Below, piece by piece: positions 45,016 to 55,346 of a DNA stretch of 64,000 nt. The translations under genes and the position numbers were made by a program. Source of the stretch: a virus; IMG/VR virus record IMGVR_UViG_3300042504_002519, positions 1-64,000 of that record; one strand, given 5' to 3'. The notes under the pieces are model-generated. The model was not told the origin of the DNA. It saw nothing but the letters and a program-made list of their open reading frames with translations, and did no database searches. How positions within the stretch are numbered: the stretch's first letter is position 1; each line of letters opens with the position of its first letter.

Positions 45016-46323
45016 TTACCGGTTAAAGCGCACTTCTACCACCTCATTGCCTTGAATGATCACCCGATCTACCAGCTCAGCATAGAGCTGTCGGCGCTCG
45101 GGCGCTTCCAAGGCGCTCCAGTCCATCGTGGCTGCATCAATGGCCTGTTGCTGTAGCCGCTGGCTGCTGGCTAGCACCTGACCCTGGCTGCTACGCCTGG
45201 CCAAGATCTCTGCCTCGATAGCGGCCATCTCTTCAGCAATGGCGGAGCGGTGCGCTAGGGGCCTCAGGGCGGCTAATTCTTGCTCTAGGGCAGCAATGGT
45301 AGGGTCAAAGGCTGTGTCGGACTCCAGGCCATAGGCGATGGCCTCAGCATGGTCGATCAATGCCTCCTGGATAGCGGCTTCGATCATGTCCTGGCGACAA
45401 GCGCGGGTATGGGGGCAATCGCGCTCAGGAAAGTCGGTCCTAACAGCACAGGTGAAATACCGATGGCTGCGCCCAACAAAGGTACGGCAACGGGTGCCAC
45501 AGACACAGGAAACAATCGGCGGCACCGGGTACACCCGCCCCTGGTTGTTGCCACGTAGCTGACGGTTTAAGCCAATCAGGTAGTCGATGCGCTGATACTC
45601 TTCCTCGCTGATCAATGCTTGGTGGGTGTTATAGCGCCATTCGCCTGTCCTAGCGTAGTGCAAGTGGCCACGCAGCGCAGCGCTACGCAGCCAGGCCCGC
45701 CATCCGCCTCGGGTCTTATAAAGCCCATGGCGTTCTCCCATGTGGTTCAGTAGCTTGGTCAAATTGCCATGCTCTAGGTAGAACTCTATCGCTTCTCTGG
45801 CCTTCGCCCAGTCTGGCCCGGGCTCATAGCGGCTACCGTCTGGGGATCGTTGGTAGCCAAAGGGCGCCGGGCCACCCATCGGCCTACCCTGGCGCCGCAT
45901 TTGCACCGTAGCCCGCTGTAGGCGCTCTGATAGCTCTACTGAGTAGTAGTGGGCCATCAACGACTTTACGCCGGTCGTAAGCAGTCCTGACGCGGTCTGG
46001 AGCGTAATCTCCTGGCCGGTGGTTAGTTCCTTGACGATGGCGCCAGCGGCCTCTAGCTGGGCAAGGCTTTCCATCGCCCAGACGGTATCTCTTGCCCAAC
46101 GGGTCCATTCCACCACCCAGACGGTTACCTGGTGCCGTTGCTGGCGTAGTTCTAAGGCCCTGTCCACCATGCGTAGGAACTCGGGCCGGTCCCGACGGCG
46201 CCCTGACACATTCTCAGTAAATAGCTCGTCAAACTCGAGCTGCTGCTGGAATTGTTGGATCTGCAGTGTCAGGCTTTGCTCTTCTGTCGATACCCGCCCG
46301 TAGCACAGTTGATAATGCGCCAT
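45016..46323 (-). CDS. Large serine recombinase/integrase (XisF-like)
   Basis: YGRVSTEEQ, SG..RPEF, recombinase domain APFGY, Zn ribbon C..CG..YFTC..C, coiled coil. Confidence 0.92.
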   Translation of the reverse strand: MAHYQLCYGRVSTEEQSLTLQIQQFQQQLEFDELFTENVSGRRRDRPEFLRMVDRALELRQQRHQVTVWVVEWTRWARDTVWAMESLAQLEAAGAIVKELTTGQEITLQTASGLLTTGVKSLMAHYYSVELSERLQRATVQMRRQGRPMGGPAPFGYQRSPDGSRYEPGPDWAKAREAIEFYLEHGNLTKLLNHMGERHGLYKTRGGWRAWLRSAALRGHLHYARTGEWRYNTHQALISEEEYQRIDYLIGLNRQLRGNNQGRVYPVPPIVSCVCGTRCRTFVGRSHRYFTCAVRTDFPERDCPHTRACRQDMIEAAIQEALIDHAEAIAYGLESDTAFDPTIAALEQELAALRPLAHRSAIAEEMAAIEAEILARRSSQGQVLASSQRLQQQAIDAATMDWSALEAPERRQLYAELVDRVIIQGNEVVEVRFNR

Positions 46324-46449
46324 AGCAACAACCCTCCTAGCCCTAGCGTACTACGCTGGCCTCGAGCGACTGTGCCATAGCAAGAGCCTTGAGGAAGTCT
46401 TACCATGGCGCTACCGGGCATCCTAAGGCCAGTGATGGAGCTAGGCAGA

Positions 46450-46721
46450 TGGTTGAATGGCATGGCGAACGGTTCGATGACTACAACACGCCAAAACGTA
46501 CACCCAACCATCCTACCCATAGCCATGCTGTACTGGTCCGCCATGATGGCGTGATCCGGCTAGTGCGCTTTGGGGCCCAGGGCGCTAAGGGTTCACCCAA
46601 GAAAAAGGGCGAGTCAGCGGCATGGAAGGCCCGTCGCCTAGCCTGGTATGCCAGGCATCGCCAGAACATTGCCAGAGGCCCGCTGTCGCCTGCCTGGTGG
46701 GCCGCTAAGGTGAAATGGTAG
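46450..46721 (+). CDS. Small basic phage protein
   Basis: PKRTPNHPTHSH..RLVRFGAQG..ARH..SPAWWA.KVKW; late promoter at 46416. Confidence 0.65.
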
Positions 46722-47214
46722 CCGCTATGGTGCCATCTTCGCTAACCACCAGGGGGATGTCATTATCAATGGCTAGCTGGTTCAGGTCGTCGATCTGCTC
46801 TTCGCTCAAGCTATAGGCCTGGTGGTTCCATAGCGCTATCAAGGGCTCAGGATCACCCATGGCGCCACCATTGCGCAAAGTTTGCAGTCGGCCTACCAGG
46901 GCGGGGAATAGTGGGTTAGTGGCCAGGATAGCTAGGATGTCGATGTCAGCCACCAGGCTATCGGCCATAGCGCCCCAGTTGGGCATCACCGGCGGGGGTG
47001 GGGGCGGGGGTGGCTCCTGCCAGGTGTTGGTAGCGCTGTCCCAGTAGGCCGTATCGCTGGGGCGTTCCGGCTTTAGCTGGACGGCAGTGCCGTCGTAGTA
47101 AAGATCATCGCGGTTAGCGTCGGGTCCTTCGACTAAGGTGCAGCCAGTTGGGGGTGTGACAGACGCATCATTGCTAGTGCCAGCGATCTCATTGCCAGCG
47201 ATCCAATAGTACAT
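46705..47214 (-). CDS. Tail fibre assembly-like protein
   Basis: RPS...YWD...W; follows the fibre gene. Confidence 0.55.
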   Translation of the reverse strand: MYYWIAGNEIAGTSNDASVTPPTGCTLVEGPDANRDDLYYDGTAVQLKPERPSDTAYWDSATNTWQEPPPPPPPPVMPNWGAMADSLVADIDILAILATNPLFPALVGRLQTLRNGGAMGDPEPLIALWNHQAYSLSEEQIDDLNQLAIDNDIPLVVSEDGTIAATISP

Positions 47215-47216
47215 AG

Positions 47217-48593
47217 TTAAGCCACCGGTTTGATAGTACGGGTCACGATCTGGCCACTCTCCGCTGCATCGAATGGCGTCCTAGCGTTGCCACCCCGGCC
47301 AGCAAAAGACGCGCCGCTGGAGCCTGGGTACGGATCAGCGCCGCCTACAGTCGCCCCATTGGATCCTGCGCTTCCATTGACGGTGCCTGGCGTGATAGTT
47401 GGCGCAATGAAAACGGCCCATCCGCCGCCCCCGGCCCTGCCCCCTAGTACACCCGCCGTCACGCTAGCACCACGCTGGCCAGCCGCCCCATCCCCGCCCC
47501 TGACATTGATGACGCCTGCATTGGAGATAGAAATTAATGAGGATAGGTGGACGATGCCGCCACTGCCGCCAGCGCCAGGCCCGATGCGAAGCCAGGCATT
47601 GTTAATGGTTCCTATTGCCGCATTGCCCCCATTGGCATTGATAATGCCAGCAGCGCCGATGGCGATGGGTCCAGACGCCTCGATAAACAACCCAGCCCCG
47701 CCAGCCCCGCCAGCCCCGCCGGTAATAGTAACGCTTTGTGAAGTGCCTTGAAGGTTGAAGTTAGGCCCACCGCCAGAGCTGCCATAGGGCTGAGCCTCCC
47801 ACGAATAAACCTGGCCTCGATTGGCGCCGATTCCTAGCCCTGTCAAGTCATCTCGGTAACCATCGCCGCTGCCAAGAAAGCCTCCTTCGCCATTATTAGG
47901 GCCACCCCTGAGAAATACAGATCCGGTGAGCGTTCCATTGATAGTCACCGCACCTGAGCAATAGATGCGGGTTAGGCCACTACTTAGGGTAACAGTGTGG
48001 CCACTATTGACGGTGAAGCTACTAAAGTAGTACACCTCTCGATCTAAGGTAATATTGGTCAACCCGCTTGGGTTAGTGCCAGACACCACACCAGTGGCAA
48101 AGCTACCATCGCCACCATTGCCGCCGATTAGTTTAATCGACTCCTGAATAGGCTTTACCTCGAATCGTGGCCTCCGGTCGATTACGGCACTAACGACCGT
48201 CGATGTGGTCACCACGCTGGCCAGGACGACACCTATCAATGGCACACTGGTACTAGCCGCAACAGCGCCACTATCATTGACAAATACCCAGTTGGTTGTA
48301 CTAGCTGTGAGGCCAACGCTGCCCGCCGCAATGGCTTGCCGTGCGCCAGTCGCTAGCGTAACGACGCCAGCGGCATAGTCGGCATTGAGGCCAGTGCCAG
48401 CCGTCACCTTCAACTCATCCCTAAAAGCCTGCCACTCTGGCAATATCTGGCCAGCGGTGGTACTGAGGTCGGCATTGGTGATCTTAGCGATCTCGCCATC
48501 ATCGTCAGGCGTATCGACAAAAACCGGGTTGTTGATGGCATTTAGGAAGGCAGAGGTAACAACCGTCCCATTTGCAAAAGTAGTCTTAGCCAT
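47217..48593 (-). CDS. Gly-rich tail fibre protein
   Basis: KTTFANGTVVTSAFLN N-terminus; Gly-rich repeats. Confidence 0.7.
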   Translation of the reverse strand: MAKTTFANGTVVTSAFLNAINNPVFVDTPDDDGEIAKITNADLSTTAGQILPEWQAFRDELKVTAGTGLNADYAAGVVTLATGARQAIAAGSVGLTASTTNWVFVNDSGAVAASTSVPLIGVVLASVVTTSTVVSAVIDRRPRFEVKPIQESIKLIGGNGGDGSFATGVVSGTNPSGLTNITLDREVYYFSSFTVNSGHTVTLSSGLTRIYCSGAVTINGTLTGSVFLRGGPNNGEGGFLGSGDGYRDDLTGLGIGANRGQVYSWEAQPYGSSGGGPNFNLQGTSQSVTITGGAGGAGGAGLFIEASGPIAIGAAGIINANGGNAAIGTINNAWLRIGPGAGGSGGIVHLSSLISISNAGVINVRGGDGAAGQRGASVTAGVLGGRAGGGGWAVFIAPTITPGTVNGSAGSNGATVGGADPYPGSSGASFAGRGGNARTPFDAAESGQIVTRTIKPVA

Positions 48594-48601
48594 AGTTCTC
48601 C

Positions 48602-49285
48602 TTAGGCGATACGTTGCCAGAATGTTGCATCAGTCGGCAGGTTGCCTGCGCTCGGGTTAGCGTTGATATAGACATAGCTGCGACTATCGACGGTATAAAA
48701 GACCGCGTCATTGTATTGATAGGTGGTGCCAGCCGCCCAGTTACCTTGCCAGACTGGCCCGCCCCGCAATGCAGCGGCATAGGTGCTATCACTGGCCAGC
48801 AAGGCCGCCACCCTGCGTACTGCTGTATCTAGTACATCGGTTGTTAGGCCAGTCGGCACCAATTCACTCCAGTTGACGGTATTGACATTGGGCACGATGG
48901 CCCGAAAGTCGCTGATCGTCTCCTCGGTGATCGTCGAATTGCGGGTTAGCTCCTCCGAGTCGCTGCTATGCAACTCGCCGGTGTAATATTTGTTGTCGGT
49001 GTGCAGATGAACCGGCCCATCATAGGGTTCGCCGTTCAAGAAGAAATAGTTGAATGTCGTTGTCTCAGTAAATAGCTCAAAGCGATAGGTAGTATTACTG
49101 GTGGCTGACTCTGGAATGGTGATGCTAAGCGCCCCGCTGGTGATGGTGAAGGTTTTGGGCTGCTCAGTATAGGTGGTATGGGGGTTGGTGCTAGTCACGT
49201 TGATCGGGCTATCGAGGGTCACCCGTAGCTTAGCGGTGAGGGTATCACCGCCAGAATTGCGCAAAGTAGCCTGGATGATCGTCAT
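48602..49285 (-). CDS. Tail-associated protein with C-terminal CBM-like motif
   Basis: WQGNWAAGTTYQYNDAV..P....FW. Confidence 0.55.
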   Translation of the reverse strand: MTIIQATLRNSGGDTLTAKLRVTLDSPINVTSTNPHTTYTEQPKTFTITSGALSITIPESATSNTTYRFELFTETTTFNYFFLNGEPYDGPVHLHTDNKYYTGELHSSDSEELTRNSTITEETISDFRAIVPNVNTVNWSELVPTGLTTDVLDTAVRRVAALLASDSTYAAALRGGPVWQGNWAAGTTYQYNDAVFYTVDSRSYVYINANPSAGNLPTDATFWQRIA

Positions 49286-49299
49286 GCCTATAGGGTGCC

Positions 49300-49905
49300 C
49301 TAGCTAAAAATTGGCGTGTCAAAGACCGGATCCCCGGCAACCGAAAAGCCTGCGTAGAATTGTTGGTAGCAAACCTGGCTGGTGACATAGACCGGGCTAT
49401 AAAGCTGGTTCAGCCGTTCTAATAATGCCCACTGGGATCCATTGCGGGCATAGATTAGCTTCACCCTTAGGAAATATTCAAACCCGCTATCACTGCCTAG
49501 GGTATCGCCAGCGGCGCTATAGCCAGCCAGGAAGTCGCCTAGAACATAAACCCGCATCTCTAGCCCAAATAGGGCGATGATCCACTCTAGCAAGGCCCTG
49601 GAGCCCTTCTCCGGCCACACTCGGCTAAAGGCTTCAGTGATCAACGTGCGCTTCACCGATACTGGCCACTCCGTATCCCAGTAGGCGCCGGTATAGCCCG
49701 ATAGCTGGGCTAGCCAGTCCAGGTTAGCCGCATTAGCCGTGGCTGGGTTCAGGTGGGTGGCGTAAAAGTTCTGTGCCAGCCCTCGGCTATTGGCTAGCAG
49801 TTCATCCCAGGGCAACGTCAGCCAGTCGGCAGCATCATTGCCTTGGTACTGCTGCGACTCCTCTGGCAGTCGTCCATAGATCGGTCGGTTAGTCGCCCAG
49901 CCCAT
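49300..49905 (-). CDS. Baseplate wedge/tail protein I (P2 gpI-like)
   Basis: LNPATA...LDWLAQ, KR.LI, KGS; follows baseplate J. Confidence 0.8.
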   Translation of the reverse strand: MGWATNRPIYGRLPEESQQYQGNDAADWLTLPWDELLANSRGLAQNFYATHLNPATANAANLDWLAQLSGYTGAYWDTEWPVSVKRTLITEAFSRVWPEKGSRALLEWIIALFGLEMRVYVLGDFLAGYSAAGDTLGSDSGFEYFLRVKLIYARNGSQWALLERLNQLYSPVYVTSQVCYQQFYAGFSVAGDPVFDTPIFS

Positions 49906-51080
49906 TAGTCCGGATCCCCCTGGCCGTAGCTATAGCTGAACAGGTTAGCGCCATCGACTAGCTCCACCACCAGGTCAATTAGGCTGCCAGCTGAATACCG
50001 ATAGGGTAAAGCTAGGTTAGTGGCTAGCTGGCTTTGGCCCACAATGCCCATAATCACTGACTGCACCGATTCCACGCCAGACAACCGCACCAGGTATTCA
50101 AGTTCCTTCACCAGGATGGTTTCTCCTAGCTCCAGGTTGCCAGGCGTTAGGTAGGCATCAAGCCTGGCATGAATGTCATCCGCTAGCGTCTCTGGGTTTT
50201 GGCCGCTGGGCAGCTTCGCTACCACCCGTACCGTCACATCCTGCACATCCACATTCGACGCATAGACCGCAATGGTGACATGGCTCTTGGCGGCTAGTGC
50301 GGCTTGGACGTCGGCCAGCTGGGCGGTACTGAGCAGTTCACCGCCAGGGTTCAAGCAAAATACATGAACACTTCCAGCCCTGGTGGTTACTTTGTCAGCG
50401 GCCAGGTTGCCGATGGCCTTGGCGACCGATCCATTACCCAGTAGGGCCCGGGTTTCTTCCTGGTAGTCGTCCGCACTGACCAGGCCACGCCGACGAATTG
50501 CGGCAAAGGCCCGAGCCTTGGTTTGGTCCACCGTCTCGCCATCGGTGCCACCGGTTGCCGCTTCAGTATTGGTGACAGAACCAAGGAATGATAGGGGCTG
50601 GCTAAGCCGGGTGATCGTATAGGCGCCCACATTGTAAGTACTACCCACCGCTGTCGCTGTTGCCGCCACGGTGCCTGCGATGTTGCCAGGGCTGATCACC
50701 AAGCTGGCGTTGGTGGTAAAGGAAAGGCCTCCGGTAGTCGATACTTCATAGCCCGCTGGCACCGTATAGCTGGTGCTAAGGACAGCGGTCAGGGTAAAGG
50801 TAAGGGTAACCGAGGCGCTGGTGCCTAGGATCTGCTGGATGCCTGCAATTTGTAGGTAGGCAATAGCCATCGCCTCTGGCAATTGGTTCAGGTAGTACAA
50901 TAGCTCAGCGCCAGCAAAGGCCTGCCCTTCGATCAAGGCCCGGGCTGGCGAACTAGGCGCAAAGCTATTGATCGCCCCACCACTAGCCACAAATACTCGA
51001 TCCAAGGCATACTCGACTAGCGTCGCCTCCGTCCTTGGATCCAGGCTAGGGATGACCAGGGGTGTTATCTGTGTTGCCAT
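49905..51080 (-). CDS. Baseplate J/gp47 protein
   Basis: LDPRT, A...G..YNV, VTNTEAATGGTDGET, LVSADDY. Confidence 0.9.
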   Translation of the reverse strand: MATQITPLVIPSLDPRTEATLVEYALDRVFVASGGAINSFAPSSPARALIEGQAFAGAELLYYLNQLPEAMAIAYLQIAGIQQILGTSASVTLTFTLTAVLSTSYTVPAGYEVSTTGGLSFTTNASLVISPGNIAGTVAATATAVGSTYNVGAYTITRLSQPLSFLGSVTNTEAATGGTDGETVDQTKARAFAAIRRRGLVSADDYQEETRALLGNGSVAKAIGNLAADKVTTRAGSVHVFCLNPGGELLSTAQLADVQAALAAKSHVTIAVYASNVDVQDVTVRVVAKLPSGQNPETLADDIHARLDAYLTPGNLELGETILVKELEYLVRLSGVESVQSVIMGIVGQSQLATNLALPYRYSAGSLIDLVVELVDGANLFSYSYGQGDPD

Positions 51081-51430
51081 TAGATCACCAGTCGATATTG
51101 GATAGCAGGCTGGGGCAGGCTAGCTAGCTGCCAGTTGATCGTCAGCAGGTAGCTGCCATCTTCATTAACCTGGCCCAGCACCTCGAAGGTAGCGTCTGTG
51201 ATCTGTAGCTCCAGCGCTTGCCGGATCCGCTCCGCCACTACGCTAGGGTTAGGATGGGCCTCAAAGGCAAGGTTGCTGGTGCCATACTGGGGGCGCATGA
51301 TACGCTCAAATGGCCTGGTTTCCAACACAGACAAGATGCTGTCTCGCACCAGATCAGCATCAGTCGCCGTCGCTAGGCCACCATCAACGATCCGTAACGG
51401 GTAGGCAAGGTCTCTGAGGATTGCAGTCAT
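51080..51430 (-). CDS. GPW/gp25 baseplate protein
   Basis: SILSVLETRPFERIMRPQYG. Confidence 0.88.
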   Translation of the reverse strand: MTAILRDLAYPLRIVDGGLATATDADLVRDSILSVLETRPFERIMRPQYGTSNLAFEAHPNPSVVAERIRQALELQITDATFEVLGQVNEDGSYLLTINWQLASLPQPAIQYRLVI

Positions 51431-51477
51431 GGTTATAGTGTGCCCTGGGCATCCTGGATCCAGCATTATGGTGACCC

Positions 51478-51717
51478 ATGCTTATCCCCATCGGCCAGCC
51501 CATCGACTTTCGCGCCAAACTACCCGCCAATCCGACCCGGGCCCAGCTGCGCAGCGTCGCCCAGATGATCATTGCCGCCAACTTTCCTGGCCCTGTGCAG
51601 GTGGAGGGTGTTCAGGTGTCTGGCGGCAAGGCTTCTGGTGAATTTATGGGCGATGGAGAGCGCTACAGCTACGAAATTACCGATGGAGCCCTCACCTACG
51701 ACCCTATTGACCGCTAG
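51478..51717 (+). CDS. Small protein homologous to the N-domain of 39789..40607
   Basis: IDFRAKLPANPT..VEGVQVSGGKASGEF..YDPI; own late promoter at 51447. Confidence 0.65.
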   Translation: MLIPIGQPIDFRAKLPANPTRAQLRSVAQMIIAANFPGPVQVEGVQVSGGKASGEFMGDGERYSYEITDGALTYDPIDR

Positions 51718-52351
51718 AGACCAGCGGATGGCCAGCGCTATCGACTGCGCCGACGACAGCTACCTCTTTGCTGCCGATCTTTACCTTACCGGTGCAGGTG
51801 AGGGTGATATTGCCGCTAGCGTCGATGACGATCTTGCCGCCATCCCCTTCAATGGTTAGCACCTGGGCGCTGACGATGGTGATGTCATCCCCGGCCTCCA
51901 CCTCGATAGCCTCGCCAGCTGTCACCGTCCACCCGGCTCCCACATTCCAGACGATGCCCTTGTCTACCTCCAGGGTGCTATCACCAGGGATGCGCCGCCA
52001 GTCATCATTCAATGGATCCGCCTTGGCGTAGGGTGGGTTCACCGAATTAACCATGACGCCGTCATAGACTGGATCATGGGGGTTGCCATCAAAGTTTTGC
52101 AGCGTCAAGGCCATGCCTACCCTGGGGACGGGTGGATCCCAGTATGGACAGGGTAGAGAGCGCATGGCATAGTCATGGCTGGTGAGGGCCGCCTTATCGG
52201 CGGTGGTGGTCCGCACCCGACGCAAGGCCAGCGGGTCATCAACGTCAGTCGTCGTCGCAAACAGGGCGGAGTCTTTGCGGCCCTCCAGGTCACCGGCTAA
52301 CGAGTGCAGCTTATCCAGCCCGGCCAGGGCGGCTAATAATGGGCTATCCAT
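51704..52351 (-). CDS. Baseplate spike (gpV/gp5-like)
   Basis: DDPLALRRVR, P.VG, FDGNPHDP, C-terminal beta-helix and DSAGH. Confidence 0.75.
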   Translation of the reverse strand: MDSPLLAALAGLDKLHSLAGDLEGRKDSALFATTTDVDDPLALRRVRTTTADKAALTSHDYAMRSLPCPYWDPPVPRVGMALTLQNFDGNPHDPVYDGVMVNSVNPPYAKADPLNDDWRRIPGDSTLEVDKGIVWNVGAGWTVTAGEAIEVEAGDDITIVSAQVLTIEGDGGKIVIDASGNITLTCTGKVKIGSKEVAVVGAVDSAGHPLVSSGQ

Positions 52352-54699
52352 CAGTATTTCATCCCAGAACGCTTACTACCACCAATGCCCGTATAAACTA
52401 CCCCTAGCTCAGAGGGTGGCACGACCTTGCCGCCAGGGGGGATGCCGCCACTTCTAAATTCAAAGTGCAGGTGAGCCCCAAACGAACGCCCCGTATTGCC
52501 AACGGTGCCGGTTGTCGAGCCTTGCTTAACGGTCTGTCCTTCTCTGACGTAGGTGAGGGTCAGGTGGGCCACCAGGGAATAAATGCCGCCCCCATGGCGG
52601 ATGACGATGTAGTTTCCCCACCCACCACCACAACTTTGATTGCCAACCCGGCATCCACGGACCACCCGGACAACAACACCATCAGCAGGGGCGATGACCG
52701 GGGTATTGGTTGGCGCAGCGATGTCGATGCCATTATGGTTGCGGCCAGCCCAGGCCCGGTAACCAATGCCTTCGCCAAAGGTACCACTGCGGATCGGGCA
52801 GATGAACCCACCCGGCTTTAGGTCCGCCTGACTGGCGGTGCCATCCTCCATCAGGGCAGTGCCATCCATGCCACCCCCGATGCCACCAGCGCCGCCTGCT
52901 GTCGCCTGGGGTGGGCGTTGCCGTTGGGGGCTATACAGTTCAACGTCTGTCGTAAATGGGCTGCCTACCTGCCAGCTATGGCTGACCGATCCGACTCGCC
53001 ATTCCCTCGCAAAGACAGTCGGCACGATCTCGCTGTCAATGGACACGATAGAACCTGGGGCTAGGATCAACGACTCCGGGCTAGTGAATAGGCTGGCCCG
53101 CGACTCATAGCCCTTCACCCGTCTGCTTTCGTCCTTGATCACCTCCGCCTCCGCCCGGCCGTCCGCCAGGTCGATAGCGCCTACCTTCTGGGTGGGTAGG
53201 CCCGTCTCGGTGCCATCCAGGACGGTGCCAGTCACCGGGGGCTTAGCCGCACCGGTCACCGCTGACTCAGGGGGCTTACTGGCGGTACTGGTGGCCGTAG
53301 AGTCTTCCTTGGTGATCGCCTCCGGTTGGCCCGTATCCCGGTTTAGGGTCGTCTTTTGCTCAGCGGCATTGACCGCTGGGGTGCTGGCTGGGGCATTGCT
53401 ATTGACCGGCATATCTTTGGTGGCCCTATCGCCAAAGGCTAGCCCGCCTGGCTTCAGATAGTCCTTGGTGATCACAAAGCCAGTAAAGTTGGGCCGTAAT
53501 GGGGTCAGCTTAAGGGTACTGCCACGGTCAGTCACCCGATAGCCAATGGCCTGGGCTTCCCTTAGCAATAGTTCATAGTCGGTGATGCCGGTCTGGTCCA
53601 GGTGCTGGTAGGTGGGCCCGTTGCCTTCCATCTCCAAGGTTAGGCCATAGCGCTGACATACCTTAGTGGCCAGATCCCTTAGTGTCAGGTTGCTATAGGC
53701 TGTATTCAGCTTGCGTCGGGTCATCAGCCAGCGGATCGACTGGCCTTCAAATACTGTCTGATCAACACCACGCCCGGTCGTACTGGTGCCAGTGTGGATG
53801 AAGTGATACTCCACCGTCTGGGATGGGCTGAAGCCCAGGCTAACGATGATCTCCTGGCCTTTCTGGCTAACCTCGGCGGCAGCCTCCTGGGCCTTATCCT
53901 GTACTGGCGTTGTACTGGTCGCCGTTGCGGCGCTGCTGGCCGCCGGGGCCTGGGTGGGAGCGGCTGAGCCACCGCCTCGATACTTGGCTAGGGCCTTCTC
54001 CCATACCTCTCGCATTTTGGACAAGCTTTTCTCCGGCTGGTCATAGCCTGCCCCTGGAAAGCTAGCCCATTCCTGCCTGCACTTGGTGACCGCTGCATCA
54101 AAGCGCCCGGCCCGTACATCCTGAAGGGCCCCCCGACCACGGATCAGCTTAATAGCACCCCGGTCCTGGCTGGCTGGAGTAAAGTCCGGCATATTCAGGC
54201 CATCCCAGGTCTTTTTTAGAAACTGATACCGGCCAGCAGCGTCAGAGCATAGGGTGCGGCTAGCGTTGCAATTGATCTGGGCTGGGTGGCGCTCGAAGCC
54301 ATCAAATAGCTTGCCGGTGAACATGGTGCGGTAGCCATTGGGGCCACTGGTGCCCTCCGCCCAGGCGATTACATCCAAAAATGCTTTTTCTTCTGCCGTC
54401 AGCTCCCCCGCCGTCACCGATGACTCACCCCCACTGGCCACGGTGCCCCCAGGGGTAGCAGGCGTCTGTTGTGGGTCTTCGAGTAGGTCGCTAGGTACTT
54501 CGATGCCACCAGCGGTAAAGCTCATCTCAAAGAAGGCAGCGGCTATCTTGAGGCCTGGATCGCTTACCTCGAAGCGACAATTGCTAGCCCGCTTGTCTTC
54601 GCCCAGGCTAATGGCTACATAGCGCAGCTTGCCATCACCTGTCTGGAATAGGCGATCACCGATCTTTACTTTGGCAAAGGGGGCAAGCAGTCGAACCAT
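52351..54699 (-). CDS. Baseplate hub (gpD-like) with inserted lambda-type lysozyme and C-terminal M23 peptidase
   Basis: AFLDVIAWAEGT..AAGRYQF..WASFPG; QTGITDYELL; HNGIDI..AHL..HLHFE. Confidence 0.85.
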   Translation of the reverse strand: MVRLLAPFAKVKIGDRLFQTGDGKLRYVAISLGEDKRASNCRFEVSDPGLKIAAAFFEMSFTAGGIEVPSDLLEDPQQTPATPGGTVASGGESSVTAGELTAEEKAFLDVIAWAEGTSGPNGYRTMFTGKLFDGFERHPAQINCNASRTLCSDAAGRYQFLKKTWDGLNMPDFTPASQDRGAIKLIRGRGALQDVRAGRFDAAVTKCRQEWASFPGAGYDQPEKSLSKMREVWEKALAKYRGGGSAAPTQAPAASSAATATSTTPVQDKAQEAAAEVSQKGQEIIVSLGFSPSQTVEYHFIHTGTSTTGRGVDQTVFEGQSIRWLMTRRKLNTAYSNLTLRDLATKVCQRYGLTLEMEGNGPTYQHLDQTGITDYELLLREAQAIGYRVTDRGSTLKLTPLRPNFTGFVITKDYLKPGGLAFGDRATKDMPVNSNAPASTPAVNAAEQKTTLNRDTGQPEAITKEDSTATSTASKPPESAVTGAAKPPVTGTVLDGTETGLPTQKVGAIDLADGRAEAEVIKDESRRVKGYESRASLFTSPESLILAPGSIVSIDSEIVPTVFAREWRVGSVSHSWQVGSPFTTDVELYSPQRQRPPQATAGGAGGIGGGMDGTALMEDGTASQADLKPGGFICPIRSGTFGEGIGYRAWAGRNHNGIDIAAPTNTPVIAPADGVVVRVVRGCRVGNQSCGGGWGNYIVIRHGGGIYSLVAHLTLTYVREGQTVKQGSTTGTVGNTGRSFGAHLHFEFRSGGIPPGGKVVPPSELGVVYTGIGGSKRSGMKY

Positions 54700-54729
54700 G
54701 GCAGGCTAGCGTTTCCTTTAGGTTGCCCA

Positions 54730-55176
54730 TCACACCTTCCTGGCCTCCTGCAGGCTATCAGTCCCCTGGGTGGGGCTTTTATCCAGCAGCCAGTCTACCA
54801 GCTGGGCCCGGCCCGACTCGATGGCCTGGACGCCTTGATCTAGTAGCTGGTTCAGGGGCCCTTCGATGTCGCCCACGATGCCATTAATGTCTGCCGCCTG
54901 GCGGATCACTTCAGGGATGTAGCTTTGCAGCTGGGCGGTAGCGCTGGCGATGGTGGCACTGACGCCAGTGCGGATCGACTGTAGGGCCGGTTCCAGCGTA
55001 GTGGCTAGCTCCTCCTGGCTGGGCACTAGCAAGGCCAACTGGGGCGATAGGGTCGCCAATGGGTTGAGGCCACCATTCTGATCGGCAATGTCCCTAAACC
55101 GAGACGGATCCCCTAGCACCCGACTGGCAAAGCTAGCCAAGTCCTCGCCTGGCAATGGCTCGATCAATGCTGGCAT
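54730..55176 (-). CDS. Tail protein X/LysM-like
   Basis: GEDLASFASRVLGDPSRFRDIADQN. Confidence 0.65.
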   Translation of the reverse strand: MPALIEPLPGEDLASFASRVLGDPSRFRDIADQNGGLNPLATLSPQLALLVPSQEELATTLEPALQSIRTGVSATIASATAQLQSYIPEVIRQAADINGIVGDIEGPLNQLLDQGVQAIESGRAQLVDWLLDKSPTQGTDSLQEARKV

Positions 55177-55346
55177 GACTTGCCCCGCCTGCGCTCTGGA
55201 TCCCAGATGATCGTACAGTCCTTGAGTGCGTAGTTATACCACGCGCCATCCGGGCCATGGATGATCAGCCGCTGTCCCTGGATCTGGGCAAGGCCCCGTA
55301 CAGCCGTGCCATCGGTCTTGGTGACAATTGCCTGTCTTGGTACCAT
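55164..55346 (-). CDS. Hypothetical protein
   Basis: Operon position. Confidence 0.45.
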   Translation of the reverse strand: MVPRQAIVTKTDGTAVRGLAQIQGQRLIIHGPDGAWYNYALKDCTIIWDPERRRGKSCQH

